Positions 34,467 through 45,024 of a DNA stretch of 64,000 nucleotides are shown one piece after another. The DNA lies in IMG/VR virus record IMGVR_UViG_3300028571_000013, positions 61,190-125,189 of that record; one strand, 5' to 3'. Each line of letters opens with the position of its first letter. Positions within the stretch are counted from its first letter, which is position 1. The translations under genes and the position numbers were made by a program. Origin of the DNA: a virus. The notes beneath the pieces were generated by a model. The model saw only the letters and a list, made by a program, of their open reading frames with translations, was not told the DNA's origin and made no database searches.

Positions 34467-35381
34467 ATGTCGAGTGTAAAGGTTTTTGGATGCGAAGTAG
34501 TAAGCTTAACATGCAACTTAGGATTCGGTGGTCAAGAATCTACAGTTAGTCTTAAATTAGTAGAGTGTGGAACGCCGTATAATGGGTCTCTTGGTTGCGT
34601 TTATACAGTTGCCGTTGGTGGATTCACATTTACTGGTGTTTTAGCCGATCATTCTTATTCGAAATCAAGTTCTGGTTTAATATGGGATGTCAGATTAACA
34701 GATGGTAGACAAAGCTTATCTAATGTTTCTGTTATTCTAAACGATTATTATTGTAATGTTAATACTCCTAATCTAATTAATGTATTAGCTTTATTAGAGC
34801 CATCGGTATGTAATTTAGGCTGTGATGATTTCATGGCGTCTTTTAAAGATGAACTTGGTATTCCAATGTTATACATTTTAAATGCCCTACAGGGGAGAAC
34901 GTGTTTATTGCCAGTTTGTGGCGTTACTATGTACATAGACGTATCTGCTATAATAGCTATTTGTCCAGCATATTTGAAAATCAGTGAAACTAGTTCAAAT
35001 GTTCTAAATATTATTAATCAGGCTTGTGATGAAGCTGGCTGTGATTTTATCATTACTATTATTGGTAATACTTTTACAGCTATTCCGATTAATAAAAGAG
35101 TAGCTCCACCAAGTGGTGCTTTGGGAACATTATTAAATACTATTGCTGCTAGTTCATGTAATGGAGATGGAACCATAGACTATAGATATGGAGAAGAAAC
35201 ATCATATGAACCAAGTAAAAAATTAGTTCTTGGAGAAAATGTACATTATTTAATGACAGTATCTAAAGATGGAGAATGTAGTGGTGCTATGGGTACAGAA
35301 GGTGGAGCCCCAGCAAGTAATAATCCGATCATAGAGAGTCCACCACCACCTCCGCCGCCCCCGGCAACACCACCACCATGA
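34467..35381 (+). CDS. Putative tail-tip / hub protein, Cys-rich with poly-Pro tail
   Basis: LGFGGQESTVSLKLVE N-terminus, 14 Cys, synteny. Confidence 0.5.
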   Translation: MSSVKVFGCEVVSLTCNLGFGGQESTVSLKLVECGTPYNGSLGCVYTVAVGGFTFTGVLADHSYSKSSSGLIWDVRLTDGRQSLSNVSVILNDYYCNVNTPNLINVLALLEPSVCNLGCDDFMASFKDELGIPMLYILNALQGRTCLLPVCGVTMYIDVSAIIAICPAYLKISETSSNVLNIINQACDEAGCDFIITIIGNTFTAIPINKRVAPPSGALGTLLNTIAASSCNGDGTIDYRYGEETSYEPSKKLVLGENVHYLMTVSKDGECSGAMGTEGGAPASNNPIIESPPPPPPPPATPPP

Positions 35382-35396
35382 TAAGGAAATAGTTTT

Positions 35397-38300
35397 ATGG
35401 GATGTTCAGTTTATCAGTATTTCGGAGAAAGACATACAAGTTCTGGCCTCAAGGTCTTCAAAACAGCACCAGATAATATCAACTACCCCGACTTTGACTG
35501 TTCTATACTAAAAGAATCTTTAGAATTAGATTTTGATACATTTAGACTAACTGAACTAGAGATGTTATCCTCAGCAAGTTTGGATACTTGGTTAAGCTAC
35601 TGTGCCAAGAAAGATCACGATGGTGGAGGTAGTGATTTATTAGGGACTAAAATATTTAAATTTCTTAATGGACAAGGATTTGATGATTACAGACAAGTCG
35701 TAGTAGATATGTTTACGGGTCTTTTAAATAATAATTATGATAACACATCAGAAGGTCTTGTTAAAACACAAACGTCTGATATATGGGCAAAGTTAGAGGT
35801 TGCTAGACAATGGTTATCGCAAATACATTCAAGCTTTTATGGACAACAATATTTGATAGAAGTGGGAGATTCATCAGTAGGAGCATGTATCAAAGATAGA
35901 TTTGGTAATGCTCCATCTGATAATGTCAAAGTAGAATCAGAGGGCGGAATATATTATAGCTCTGATGCTCCGTCTACTAGTGGAGGCTGGTTATCCAAAA
36001 ATCAAACAAGCGTTATGGGCTTATCTGTTGGTACTAAAGAATTAGCTGCTTTTACAGAAAATGATAATAGGATAAGTTGTTTTGTAAAATTTAAAAAATC
36101 TACTAGTATTTCTAAATTTAATTTAACATGGGACGTTGATTTAAGTAAACTTGGAGATTCTAATTTTTATCAAAAAGAGGATATGTTATATGTTAAAGCA
36201 GATATTAATCCTGCTCTTTATCAAATAGATAGTAAGCAATATGTTTTAGTCACTTTGAATAACTCTGCATCATTAAGACTTTCAAAAGATTCTGTAACAG
36301 ATTGTCCTAGATTAGCTGCTACAATGGGTGCTGTAGCTCTTATGACATTACATGGTACTGTTTATCAGTCCTCATTAGAGGACTCTGCCTGTGACGATAA
36401 ACAAAATACTAACAGTGGTACAGTTGTTAATCTAAGTCAAGTAAATGTTTTCCAACTCGGTGCTCCGGCCATTTGTCCAGAAGAATTTTGTATACCCTTA
36501 AAGAGTAATGTTTTTGTGTACGGTCCATGGTTTTATCAAGCTAATCCTATTGGCGGTACAGAAGTTGAAGCAAACAGAGAACTTGCTCCGTGGAATTTTT
36601 CGAATTTACAAAACAATGGCTACGAGACTATGAATTACTATGGAGATCTAATAGCGTCGGATGGGCCAAGGGGTTTACAAAAACAAGAAAATGGATCCAT
36701 AACTGTAGCTGCCTTACCGTCCTATTCTATAGGGTATGTGGTTGGAGGTAATGCTGCTACATTAACAGATATTCAAATTAATATTGGAGATAACGGTTAT
36801 ACGACAACATATAATTTTCAAACTTATGCTCCAAAATTTGGTAAGCCAGGAAGACACCTTGCTGATTTATGGTCAAGAAATTATAAATCTCTATCATATA
36901 TGCAAAAGTTCTTTAAAGAAGAGAACTTAAAGATACGTGAATTAATTAATCAAACAGCTACTATAAGACAAGAAGATAAATATAGAGATAAAAGCAAGCC
37001 TATCACTTCTGGCGATGTTATTGTTGAACCACCAGATGTTGCCGGTTCAAATAGCTCTAAAACTCCGCACATGATGCTTTATTCTGGATATAGGATGAGG
37101 CTTAAAGATACTACAGATGATGGTGGCAGCGACACTATGGACAATGGAACATCGATTATTAGTCCATGCTCTTGTAAAAGTTCTCCATCCATACCTCCAC
37201 CTGTAACTTCGTCTACAGCATCTCCTGGCAATAATATTAAAAATATGCCAATAGCAGTTACTGAGACTAGTTTACACAACACATGGTATAGAGAGAATCA
37301 TTTTAATAGACTTGCGATTAGTACATTAGATCTAATTTTTTGTCCTATTAGTACCAATCAAGAAGGCGATGAAAACGGAGAACTACCCAGACTATCTATG
37401 TATCAAGACTATAGTGGTAGTCATATAGAATTTAAAGATAAGGAACAAACTGCTTTGGGCGACGGCAAAGCCCCAAATTCTAGAACAAGATCAGAAATAC
37501 CTCCTTTTTATTTTGAAGATATATTACAATATGATTTACCAATACATCAAATGTATTTAAATAGTGTTACATCCACAGTTATGCTTAGTGATTGGTTAAG
37601 TAGAATCAATGGCAGTACTGATGGATTTGTGACTAATATTATTGGTTATGGTTCTGAGGCCAAAAATTTTACACTATCTGGTTTAGAAGATGCAGAAAAT
37701 AAGAAACAAGATGAGACAAATTTTAGATATAGTGTATTAAGGGGTCCATTATCTTTACAGGCTTGGGGTTATGATACGGCCGGTAAACCTGTTCCAAATT
37801 CGGTGGACTCGGCTAGACAGGCCGAAAAGGGACGGTTTAGAAGACGCGGGTTGCAGGATAAGTTTTTAAAAAACTGGCTCTCTAACCCTAAAACATGGCC
37901 TGCTGGGCCTATTGATTTAAGATGGGATAGAGAACGTGGAGTTTGGGTCTCTCCACCAGCCAATAAAATAGTAGTGGCTAGATTATTAGGCAATTTAGAA
38001 AGATTTGGTACAGCAGAAGCAGAACTTATAGATCCTCAAGCCGGTGGCGTAAAATTTTATGAGGAGTATGATGTATGGTCTGGAGAAGGAGCAAATATCA
38101 AAGGATCTTTAAGTAAAACCAAAATTAAAGTATATGATTTTCTTGGCATTAGATTATGTAAATGTGATTATATCTATGCTTATTATGATGATAATAGATA
38201 TATTGTATTAGAAAGTAATAGAGCATATAAAGATCCTAATGAGCTGTGTTGTGCTACCACTACTACTGCACAAACTACCAAAGCATCCACACAACCAACA

Positions 38301-38489
38301 CCAACACAAGCAACGCCAACTTCTTGTTGGTGCAATTTAGAGTGTCTTAAAACACTTAACAACTTTAAAGAAGGAAAGCATCAAGCCTTGGTTCATAAAC
38401 AAGAAACTTCTGGACCAGATTGTTTGGTGTGGGAGGATATAGTTGAGTGCTATACCACCCCACCAAACTATTATGATAATAATCCATAA
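35397..38489 (+). CDS. Large tail-tip / central fibre-like structural protein
   Basis: YGPW motif, TDIQINIGDNGYTTTYNFQTY hub-like strand, Cys/Thr-rich C-terminus; last gene of the + strand block. Confidence 0.5.
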   Translation: MGCSVYQYFGERHTSSGLKVFKTAPDNINYPDFDCSILKESLELDFDTFRLTELEMLSSASLDTWLSYCAKKDHDGGGSDLLGTKIFKFLNGQGFDDYRQVVVDMFTGLLNNNYDNTSEGLVKTQTSDIWAKLEVARQWLSQIHSSFYGQQYLIEVGDSSVGACIKDRFGNAPSDNVKVESEGGIYYSSDAPSTSGGWLSKNQTSVMGLSVGTKELAAFTENDNRISCFVKFKKSTSISKFNLTWDVDLSKLGDSNFYQKEDMLYVKADINPALYQIDSKQYVLVTLNNSASLRLSKDSVTDCPRLAATMGAVALMTLHGTVYQSSLEDSACDDKQNTNSGTVVNLSQVNVFQLGAPAICPEEFCIPLKSNVFVYGPWFYQANPIGGTEVEANRELAPWNFSNLQNNGYETMNYYGDLIASDGPRGLQKQENGSITVAALPSYSIGYVVGGNAATLTDIQINIGDNGYTTTYNFQTYAPKFGKPGRHLADLWSRNYKSLSYMQKFFKEENLKIRELINQTATIRQEDKYRDKSKPITSGDVIVEPPDVAGSNSSKTPHMMLYSGYRMRLKDTTDDGGSDTMDNGTSIISPCSCKSSPSIPPPVTSSTASPGNNIKNMPIAVTETSLHNTWYRENHFNRLAISTLDLIFCPISTNQEGDENGELPRLSMYQDYSGSHIEFKDKEQTALGDGKAPNSRTRSEIPPFYFEDILQYDLPIHQMYLNSVTSTVMLSDWLSRINGSTDGFVTNIIGYGSEAKNFTLSGLEDAENKKQDETNFRYSVLRGPLSLQAWGYDTAGKPVPNSVDSARQAEKGRFRRRGLQDKFLKNWLSNPKTWPAGPIDLRWDRERGVWVSPPANKIVVARLLGNLERFGTAEAELIDPQAGGVKFYEEYDVWSGEGANIKGSLSKTKIKVYDFLGIRLCKCDYIYAYYDDNRYIVLESNRAYKDPNELCCATTTTAQTTKASTQPTPTQATPTSCWCNLECLKTLNNFKEGKHQALVHKQETSGPDCLVWEDIVECYTTPPNYYDNNP

Positions 38490-38502
38490 AACATAAAATA
38501 TT

Positions 38503-38829
38503 TTACTTAGTCGCTGGTGCTTGCCACTTATGCCAACCCTTATTGGCTAGCCAATTACCGTCGTCGTCTTTGCGTTTAGGAAATAAAGTTCCGCCCTTTT
38601 TGTGTTGACCAAATGCTAGTATGGCGCCACACTCATTACAACGCAATTCGTAGTAATCATTGCCATCAACATTTCTGACAACAAATCTGAGGTTGAGACT
38701 ATCACATAATCCACACTTCTCTTCAGCGAAGATTTCCTGTATGGTTGCTAGCTCTTTAAAGATTTCTTTTTGACCAGCACCCTCTAATTCAAATTCAAGC
38801 TTATCACCAACTTTATATTTAACTTTCAT
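38503..38829 (-). CDS. Zinc-ribbon hypothetical protein
   Basis: CGLC and CNEC pairs. Confidence 0.65.
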   Translation of the reverse strand: MKVKYKVGDKLEFELEGAGQKEIFKELATIQEIFAEEKCGLCDSLNLRFVVRNVDGNDYYELRCNECGAILAFGQHKKGGTLFPKRKDDDGNWLANKGWHKWQAPATK

Positions 38830-39569
38830 ATGATACTCCAGTTATTAACGTAGCCTTTAACATTACTCTGAATGTCATCTATTTTTTGTTGATAAGATGA
38901 CAATTCTCTAATAATTGATAAAGCATCATGATGCAATATGCTCTTTATATTGGTTTCGTTAATGTTTAATGTCTTAATCAACTCTAATACATTAACATCT
39001 AATCTTTTAGCTAATACATCAATAAAATTAATTTGATTATTAGTAATCTTATTAACATTGTCAGCACCAATATCGTCTTCAATATTTTCTGCTATTTCTT
39101 CAGCAGCAACAACTTTTCTTAATCTAAGGGCTCTACGCAAAGCTCTTCCTTCTGCTCTGGTTTCTGCTACGGCAACCGGGTGATTACGATATACCTTATC
39201 ACAATTACCCCAATAAACATCAGCAGCTCCACTTACTGTTTTAGTCTTACAGTTCTCATCAGTACCTACATTTAAGTCGTACCATGTTAAAGTATGAACA
39301 ACAGAAGCTCTCTTATCATTAGAAGGCTCAGGAGCCTGCACCAGATCAGACTCAGACTGAATAACTGTGCAGTTCATAACCTTTTCAAATATTCGTCTTA
39401 GACCATCAGTGGTTGGATTTCCATGGATTTTTTCGTCGTCCGAAAGTTGTTGTAAAACGAAATCTGTCCATTCAAGATCAGTTATCGCTATATCCTTAAC
39501 AGTCTCAATATCGTCGGCTTCAATATTATTCTTCACCTTAACCTCTTTTATTTCTTTGATTTTAGCCAT
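38826..39569 (-). CDS. Putative Rad52/Sak-like ssDNA annealing protein
   Basis: AVAETRAEGRALRRAL motif and short C-terminal ITNNQINFI helical domain; AGGAG RBS. Confidence 0.45.
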   Translation of the reverse strand: MAKIKEIKEVKVKNNIEADDIETVKDIAITDLEWTDFVLQQLSDDEKIHGNPTTDGLRRIFEKVMNCTVIQSESDLVQAPEPSNDKRASVVHTLTWYDLNVGTDENCKTKTVSGAADVYWGNCDKVYRNHPVAVAETRAEGRALRRALRLRKVVAAEEIAENIEDDIGADNVNKITNNQINFIDVLAKRLDVNVLELIKTLNINETNIKSILHHDALSIIRELSSYQQKIDDIQSNVKGYVNNWSII

Positions 39570-40356
39570 CTGTATCTCCTATTTCTATGACATTAATAGT
39601 AGTATCATTTTTTATTGTCAAAAGAGCAGAATTTAATTTATCACAAACCATCTTTGCTCTGGTCTTTGAGAAATCTTTTGTTTGTTTGATTCTTATCAGT
39701 TTGTATCCCTTACCAATCAATAAACCAGTTTTTTTCTTATCATAAGCAATATTTTTGTTTAAAACATCCTCCCCCCAAACCGGTTCAAAATGAGAGGGAC
39801 CATCGATTTCAATAGCTATGTTCATGGTAGGCAGAAAAATATCTACTTGCAACTTGGTATTTACTAGCATCTGCTCTTTATGGAATTCGGTTTTTATACC
39901 ACTACCAACCAAAAACTTAAGGATAAAATGCTCTAGTTTAGACCCAACTTTACTGCTGTGTCTTACGGCAATGTTGGCTTTATGTAGCATATTTGCTTTT
40001 TCGTCCTCTGTTTTTTTATTCCATAATTCTAGATACATCGCTTGCTTTTGACGTAATTCATCAGGACTCATATTCTGCCAATTTTTCATTACGCCAGATC
40101 CTATATTATGTTTTTCTTCATCTGATCTTTCTCTTCCCTTTGTTGGATGCTGATGTCTACCTGTTTTTAAAGCATTCTTTTGTGCTTCCGATTTATTTTT
40201 AATTGGTATACCTAATCTTTTTGCATCTCTTAAAACCTTATTTGGATAGGTATTATGTTGTGTAGCAATATCTTTAAAGCTTAAATTATCTTTAGAGTAA
40301 AGCTTATCAATTATTTCTGCTTTTGATTTATCTGATAGACTATCATAATTTGACAT
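39562..40356 (-). CDS. Vsr/DUF559-type (EDxHD-like) endonuclease with N-terminal DNA-binding repeats, probable homing endonuclease
   Basis: SKLE...VDIFLP...AIEIDGPSHF; HPTKGRERSDEEK is NUMOD3-like; HTH at the N-terminus. Confidence 0.7.
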   Translation of the reverse strand: MSNYDSLSDKSKAEIIDKLYSKDNLSFKDIATQHNTYPNKVLRDAKRLGIPIKNKSEAQKNALKTGRHQHPTKGRERSDEEKHNIGSGVMKNWQNMSPDELRQKQAMYLELWNKKTEDEKANMLHKANIAVRHSSKVGSKLEHFILKFLVGSGIKTEFHKEQMLVNTKLQVDIFLPTMNIAIEIDGPSHFEPVWGEDVLNKNIAYDKKKTGLLIGKGYKLIRIKQTKDFSKTRAKMVCDKLNSALLTIKNDTTINVIEIGDTDG

Positions 40357-40675
40357 TTTCTAATTCCTCTATTTGTGAGAGAATATCTTGTATATTTTCT
40401 ATGTCTTTAACCAATATGTTATTTTCTTTAGGGATCCCTAGGCTCTCTAGAATATTAAGATCTCTAATAGATGTAGTGAGTATAATATTATTTCTATGTA
40501 CTTTAGTAATATATAACGTATGAAATATTGCTATTGTACTTAATAAATCTGATGCGATTAGACAACTGTCGGTGAAAATTACTGGGGATTTATTAAGAGT
40601 TGTGCATATCCTAGAGTATGCGTTGATTAATTTAATATCAGATTCTTGTGTTAGATATTGTTTATATAGAAACAT
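40343..40675 (-). CDS. Hypothetical protein
   Basis: Overlaps neighbours in the operon. Confidence 0.5.
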   Translation of the reverse strand: MFLYKQYLTQESDIKLINAYSRICTTLNKSPVIFTDSCLIASDLLSTIAIFHTLYITKVHRNNIILTTSIRDLNILESLGIPKENNILVKDIENIQDILSQIEELENVKL

Positions 40676-41357
40676 TATTATATATTTTTTTGTATAAATG
40701 GTTAATATTAGTTATTTGATCAATATTATTAAAATGAATAATATTTTGTTTCACTTTATGGGCAGAAATACTAAGATGATGAGTAATAACAGTATTAATA
40801 ATTTCAAATAAATACATATTATTCTTAGTGTGGTTCTTGATTATATGTTTGAATAGCCCAAGGTCTCCACTCTTAATATATAGACATTCACATAGCTTAT
40901 TTGGCAGATCATAGAAAACAAATTCTATAAAATTTTTTGTATCTATATTACAACCTATTTTTGATTTAAATCTTAAAGAACTATTAACGATTACGGATGA
41001 TTGATGAGGCTTAATATTTTTAAATACGTTGGGGTCTACCACAACAGGCAAATTAATAAAAACAACATCTTGATTATCTGGAATCTCATCGATCACAGAG
41101 GCTATCGATTGTCCCACGTTAGAATATTCATCATAATTATGCTCTATATATCTTACCCTGGTATTTTTAATAGAGTTCTCTAAAATTCTTTTATGTTCAA
41201 AAGCATAAACTACTAATAGTTTTGCTTGCTTATTGATTTTTAAAATATTTTTAATTTGATGGTTTAAGAATGTATCTTTATATATTCTAATCAATGCTTT
41301 ATTATTCATTGATCTCATTGATTTATCTGGTAGAGATGCTATTAATACAAAATACAT
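40662..41357 (-). CDS. Degenerate sugar-phosphate nucleotidyltransferase-like protein
   Basis: VLIASLPDKSMRSMNNKALI mirrors the LAAG.G.RM...PK.L motif but lacks its glycines; NYDEYSNVGQSI. Confidence 0.5.
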   Translation of the reverse strand: MYFVLIASLPDKSMRSMNNKALIRIYKDTFLNHQIKNILKINKQAKLLVVYAFEHKRILENSIKNTRVRYIEHNYDEYSNVGQSIASVIDEIPDNQDVVFINLPVVVDPNVFKNIKPHQSSVIVNSSLRFKSKIGCNIDTKNFIEFVFYDLPNKLCECLYIKSGDLGLFKHIIKNHTKNNMYLFEIINTVITHHLSISAHKVKQNIIHFNNIDQITNINHLYKKIYNNVSI

Positions 41358-41359
41358 AT

Positions 41360-41776
41360 TTATTTATAAGCTTTGATGTAATATTCGAATACATTGATAT
41401 ATTTTTTAACACTAATTTTAAATCCAGCATCTTTTAATATCACTAATATTTCTGACATATTGTGTATGGATTTTTTATTAGGATATAAAACATTCTTAAT
41501 AACGTCCTCTGAAATCATATTAAACGCAATAGCAATACCAACTTGACGCAAATCAGATCCTTGGATATGTAATGATCCACCACTTATTAGCTTATTATAA
41601 GCTTTATTCAGAATCGCTGGAACATCTTCAGCGATAAAATGGTCGCATAAATCTTGATATACTATTTCTTGTATAGACTCATCTTTATGTGTATCTATCT
41701 CGGACACATGACAATAAGTGCTGTTAGTAGGCATCAATTCCTGTTCACTAACATGAAATAATATAGAATTATTCAT
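41360..41776 (-). CDS. Degenerate class I SAM-methyltransferase-like protein
   Basis: DESIQEIVYQDLCDHF...LNKAYNKLISGGSLHI resembles Methyltransf_11 C-terminal motifs. Confidence 0.45.
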   Translation of the reverse strand: MNNSILFHVSEQELMPTNSTYCHVSEIDTHKDESIQEIVYQDLCDHFIAEDVPAILNKAYNKLISGGSLHIQGSDLRQVGIAIAFNMISEDVIKNVLYPNKKSIHNMSEILVILKDAGFKISVKKYINVFEYYIKAYK

Positions 41777-42239
41777 AATATTTAAAAACCATTTTAGAAG
41801 TTTGAAATAGTACCCTTTGCCACATATCTGTATCAGTGATATCTTCTTTTGTTAATATCTTATGATAGTTGCCACCCCACGATGTTGCAATTTTTTCGTT
41901 CATTGCGATTTTATATGCTGAAGGTAATTCGTACTTGTGTAAATTTACTTCTTCTTCAGATAATTCTTTAGGTTTAACAGAGTGGTCTATTAGTAGAACT
42001 GGGACATGAAACTGAATAGATATATTTTTACATTTTTCATAGTAAAGGATCTTATTGTTACAGACTATTACCTGGGGTGTATCTTTACCAAAATACAAAT
42101 GATCAAAACTAATAGTATTATGTTTTAGCTTCTTAAACGCTTGCTCAAAAACCATATTATCAGATGATGTCCATAAGACATTAATCTTATCGGTATTTTG
42201 AATTTTTTCTCTGATAAGTATGCCAGTTATAGAGTTCAT
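41769..42239 (-). CDS. Hypothetical protein, possibly a GT-B N-terminal fragment
   Basis: Within the glycosyltransferase cluster. Confidence 0.4.
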   Translation of the reverse strand: MNSITGILIREKIQNTDKINVLWTSSDNMVFEQAFKKLKHNTISFDHLYFGKDTPQVIVCNNKILYYEKCKNISIQFHVPVLLIDHSVKPKELSEEEVNLHKYELPSAYKIAMNEKIATSWGGNYHKILTKEDITDTDMWQRVLFQTSKMVFKYYE

Positions 42240-43342
42240 TGTAGTAGATTCTTAATAAATGATTCTTCAGAAAATTGCTGCTTGTCAAACTTTTGTAATT
42301 TTTGTATTTTTTCTTCTTGGGTAGTTTCGTATGCTTTTCTCATTTGCTCTCTCATAGAGTCTATATAAGGCTCACGCCACTGTTCATAGATTGTATATGT
42401 ATTTTCCATATAAAAATCTTTACTATATATATTAGTTAAAAAACTCTCGATCTCAAACCCATTATATTTATTAATGTATGTATTAGCTCCAATGCCTTGA
42501 TTTACGATAGTCAGGTTGTCAAAAAGAATAGACTCAATAGAACTAGGACCAAAAGACTCACACCTACATACATTCACATAACAATCAGCCTGACTATGTA
42601 ACCTCATCATATATTCTTGCTCATAATATCCTATAATAATATGAGGAGCTTGTACATGTTTGCTATTTACTCTTAAAGTTCTCTCCACTTGTTGTATATC
42701 ATATGTAATAATTTTTTCAGATTCTTGATGATCAAAACCAGAGATATCAGTTTTTATAATAAGTTTAACATCGTCATGTTTTCTAAACTCAAGAAAAAAA
42801 GCAGTTAATAAACCTTTGATATTATTTTTGTCTTGATGTTTACCTATATAGTAGAATACAAAATCATTATCAGGATTACCAAATAATGTATCATAATTCT
42901 TATTATATTTTGATAGATCAAATGGTTCGGGCATTACTTGTACCCGTGTTTCCAGACCAGCCTGTTCCAAAGATTTCTTAGACCAGTCAGACTGTACTAT
43001 AACACGATCCATCATATTTATTCTATCAATCCACCCGGTATGTTTAATTCCCAGAGTGTCTATATCAGTAATAGCAACGTTTTCCCCAAATTCTTCCCTA
43101 TACTCAAAGCAGTTAGGAACCCCATGCTGTATTACCATATCATAAGATTTACTACTATTATCTTCAAATTCTGCATAGTCTTTACCAGACTCATTTCCTG
43201 AGTCTAAATATGGAGTAAAATAGATAGGTCTAATACTCAGATTGATATTAAAGTTATAACCAAGGGCGTCAATATATCTACGAGCCGACCTACCTAATCC
43301 TGTATTTTCTTTATATGGTCCTATATATAGTATATTTTTCAT
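42236..43342 (-). CDS. Glycosyltransferase family 4 (GT-B)
   Basis: ILYIGPY..TGLGRSAR; FVFYYIG; DCYVNVCRCESFGPSSIES (ExFG..xE). Confidence 0.85.
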   Translation of the reverse strand: MKNILYIGPYKENTGLGRSARRYIDALGYNFNINLSIRPIYFTPYLDSGNESGKDYAEFEDNSSKSYDMVIQHGVPNCFEYREEFGENVAITDIDTLGIKHTGWIDRINMMDRVIVQSDWSKKSLEQAGLETRVQVMPEPFDLSKYNKNYDTLFGNPDNDFVFYYIGKHQDKNNIKGLLTAFFLEFRKHDDVKLIIKTDISGFDHQESEKIITYDIQQVERTLRVNSKHVQAPHIIIGYYEQEYMMRLHSQADCYVNVCRCESFGPSSIESILFDNLTIVNQGIGANTYINKYNGFEIESFLTNIYSKDFYMENTYTIYEQWREPYIDSMREQMRKAYETTQEEKIQKLQKFDKQQFSEESFIKNLLQ

Positions 43343-43346
43343 ATGT

Positions 43347-44966
43347 TTAATTATACGTCAAAAAGTCATTTTGGGTTATAACCGAATTATCTTCTAAGAA
43401 TTTATTAAGCATAGTTTTATTATTGAACCATATCTCAAGAGTTTTAAGAGCATCTGATTGATTGTACGGAATAATCACATTATTAGATAATATATAACCA
43501 TTATCCAATGCCATAATTAATTGCTGAATAAAAAAACTTGTTTTTAAGCTTGGAGCCTCTAAGATAGTATCAATAACGTTATATATAAACTCTCTATTAT
43601 TTTTGCTTGGATCAACATTCTTTTTTATTTTGGCAAAGTGCTCTACTGTTATTGGTTGCCATCTATCAGCTGCTTGTATTTGAACTCTATCTATGATTGT
43701 TTCAAAATCTTTAGATGTTTTGTCCCAGGAATGATTAGCTAATACTTTTGATGTTTGTGCTTCTGATAGTTTCATTTTTTCAGATATATCAACGTCTCTA
43801 AACTGAGAAATCATATCAATACATTTATCATCATCAGGATATACCCTATCTGCATTATGTTCTTGTTCTCTAAAAGCAACAGCAACAGGTACTTTGAAAC
43901 CACCCAGATCATCAGCAAGCTCACTCATTGCTCCATGATCGACCGTTACAAACGGTATACCACAAGCAGCTGCTTCAAGAGGAGGTATACCAAATCCTTC
44001 ACAAATAGAATACTGTATATATAAATCAAAAGTACTATATATTTTAGATAGATCGGTGTCTGAGATACCATTAGAAACATTTGCTAGTGTCATTTTTAAT
44101 TTGGAACATTTGGGACAGACTGCCTGAGCCCCTTTCCATTTCATAGGAGTCCAGTGTCTACAGTTATTACAAACATAGGTAAATAGAATATGGTCATATA
44201 CATCATATTCTAGTAACAAGTCTGGTATATCCCACCCTATACTTTCTGGGTAACTGGTATGCATATATAAGTAAGTTTTTTTATTCATCAAATTATTTAA
44301 CTTACTAATAATCTTAAATAGATTTGGTATCAGTTTACGTCTTTGATTACGCATAACTGAGCCAATAATGAATGTATCTAAACCCAGACCTAAAGTATTG
44401 CGAGAAGATATTTTATTCTGTGGTTTAAAGGATTTAAGATCTATAGAATCTCGTACAACGCCAGAAACTTTGATACCATACATATTTTCAATAGTATTCT
44501 TGGCCCACTCAGTGTGTGTCAATAATGTATCACAATTACTTATAAGATCCAACCATTCGTGTCTTATGGGGAAAGAGTCTATAGTTGGGGCTAGTATCCA
44601 GTGAAACTTATCTCTGAAAACAGATGTTCTCTGGTATGTTGCCATAAAAACATCTCTGAAGTCTATTACTATATCTGGCTTAAAGTGACCTACCACAAGA
44701 TCGAACCGCCACTGTCCAAAACCATTGCTAAGTCCAGAATTATATTGAGAAAATCTTGGGTCTTCTTTTTCTACAGCATTTGGGTAAATTTTCCAAGGAC
44801 AAGAGTCCTTAAAAGACATCGTCCTATAACAAGACAACTCTGCTATTTCATACTTACCTGTATCAAAAAGTCTTTGTAGTATGGATCTAGTATAGTTTCC
44901 ATATCCAGATTGTATATGAGAAGATTCTGTACAGAATAATATTCTTTTTTTAGAATTATTTATCAT
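43347..44966 (-). CDS. Glycosyltransferase family 4 (GT-B) with Zn-ribbon insertion
   Basis: SGYGNY; RNQRRKLIP; FDLYIQYSICEGFGIPPLEAAACGIP; CNNC...CPKC; start placed at MINNSKK downstream of the terminator. Confidence 0.85.
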   Translation of the reverse strand: MINNSKKRILFCTESSHIQSGYGNYTRSILQRLFDTGKYEIAELSCYRTMSFKDSCPWKIYPNAVEKEDPRFSQYNSGLSNGFGQWRFDLVVGHFKPDIVIDFRDVFMATYQRTSVFRDKFHWILAPTIDSFPIRHEWLDLISNCDTLLTHTEWAKNTIENMYGIKVSGVVRDSIDLKSFKPQNKISSRNTLGLGLDTFIIGSVMRNQRRKLIPNLFKIISKLNNLMNKKTYLYMHTSYPESIGWDIPDLLLEYDVYDHILFTYVCNNCRHWTPMKWKGAQAVCPKCSKLKMTLANVSNGISDTDLSKIYSTFDLYIQYSICEGFGIPPLEAAACGIPFVTVDHGAMSELADDLGGFKVPVAVAFREQEHNADRVYPDDDKCIDMISQFRDVDISEKMKLSEAQTSKVLANHSWDKTSKDFETIIDRVQIQAADRWQPITVEHFAKIKKNVDPSKNNREFIYNVIDTILEAPSLKTSFFIQQLIMALDNGYILSNNVIIPYNQSDALKTLEIWFNNKTMLNKFLEDNSVITQNDFLTYN

Positions 44967-44981
44967 TATGATTATATTAAC

Positions 44982-45007
44982 AGAAAACCCCTCCTTGCGG
45001 AGGGGTT
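44982..45007 (-). terminator. Rho-independent terminator after ssb
   Basis: On the - strand AACCCCTCC-GCAA-GGAGGGGTT followed by TTCTG. Confidence 0.8.
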
Positions 45008-45024
45008 CCCGTTCCACACCATCC

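Noticed and set aside
123-38000. Many short antisense or alternate-frame ORFs in the ORF track (e.g. 123-464, 614-799, 2404-2697, 14607-15023, 26195-26680)
   Set aside because: They are shadows of long + strand genes with low-complexity or GC-rich codons, and no recognisable motifs were seen.
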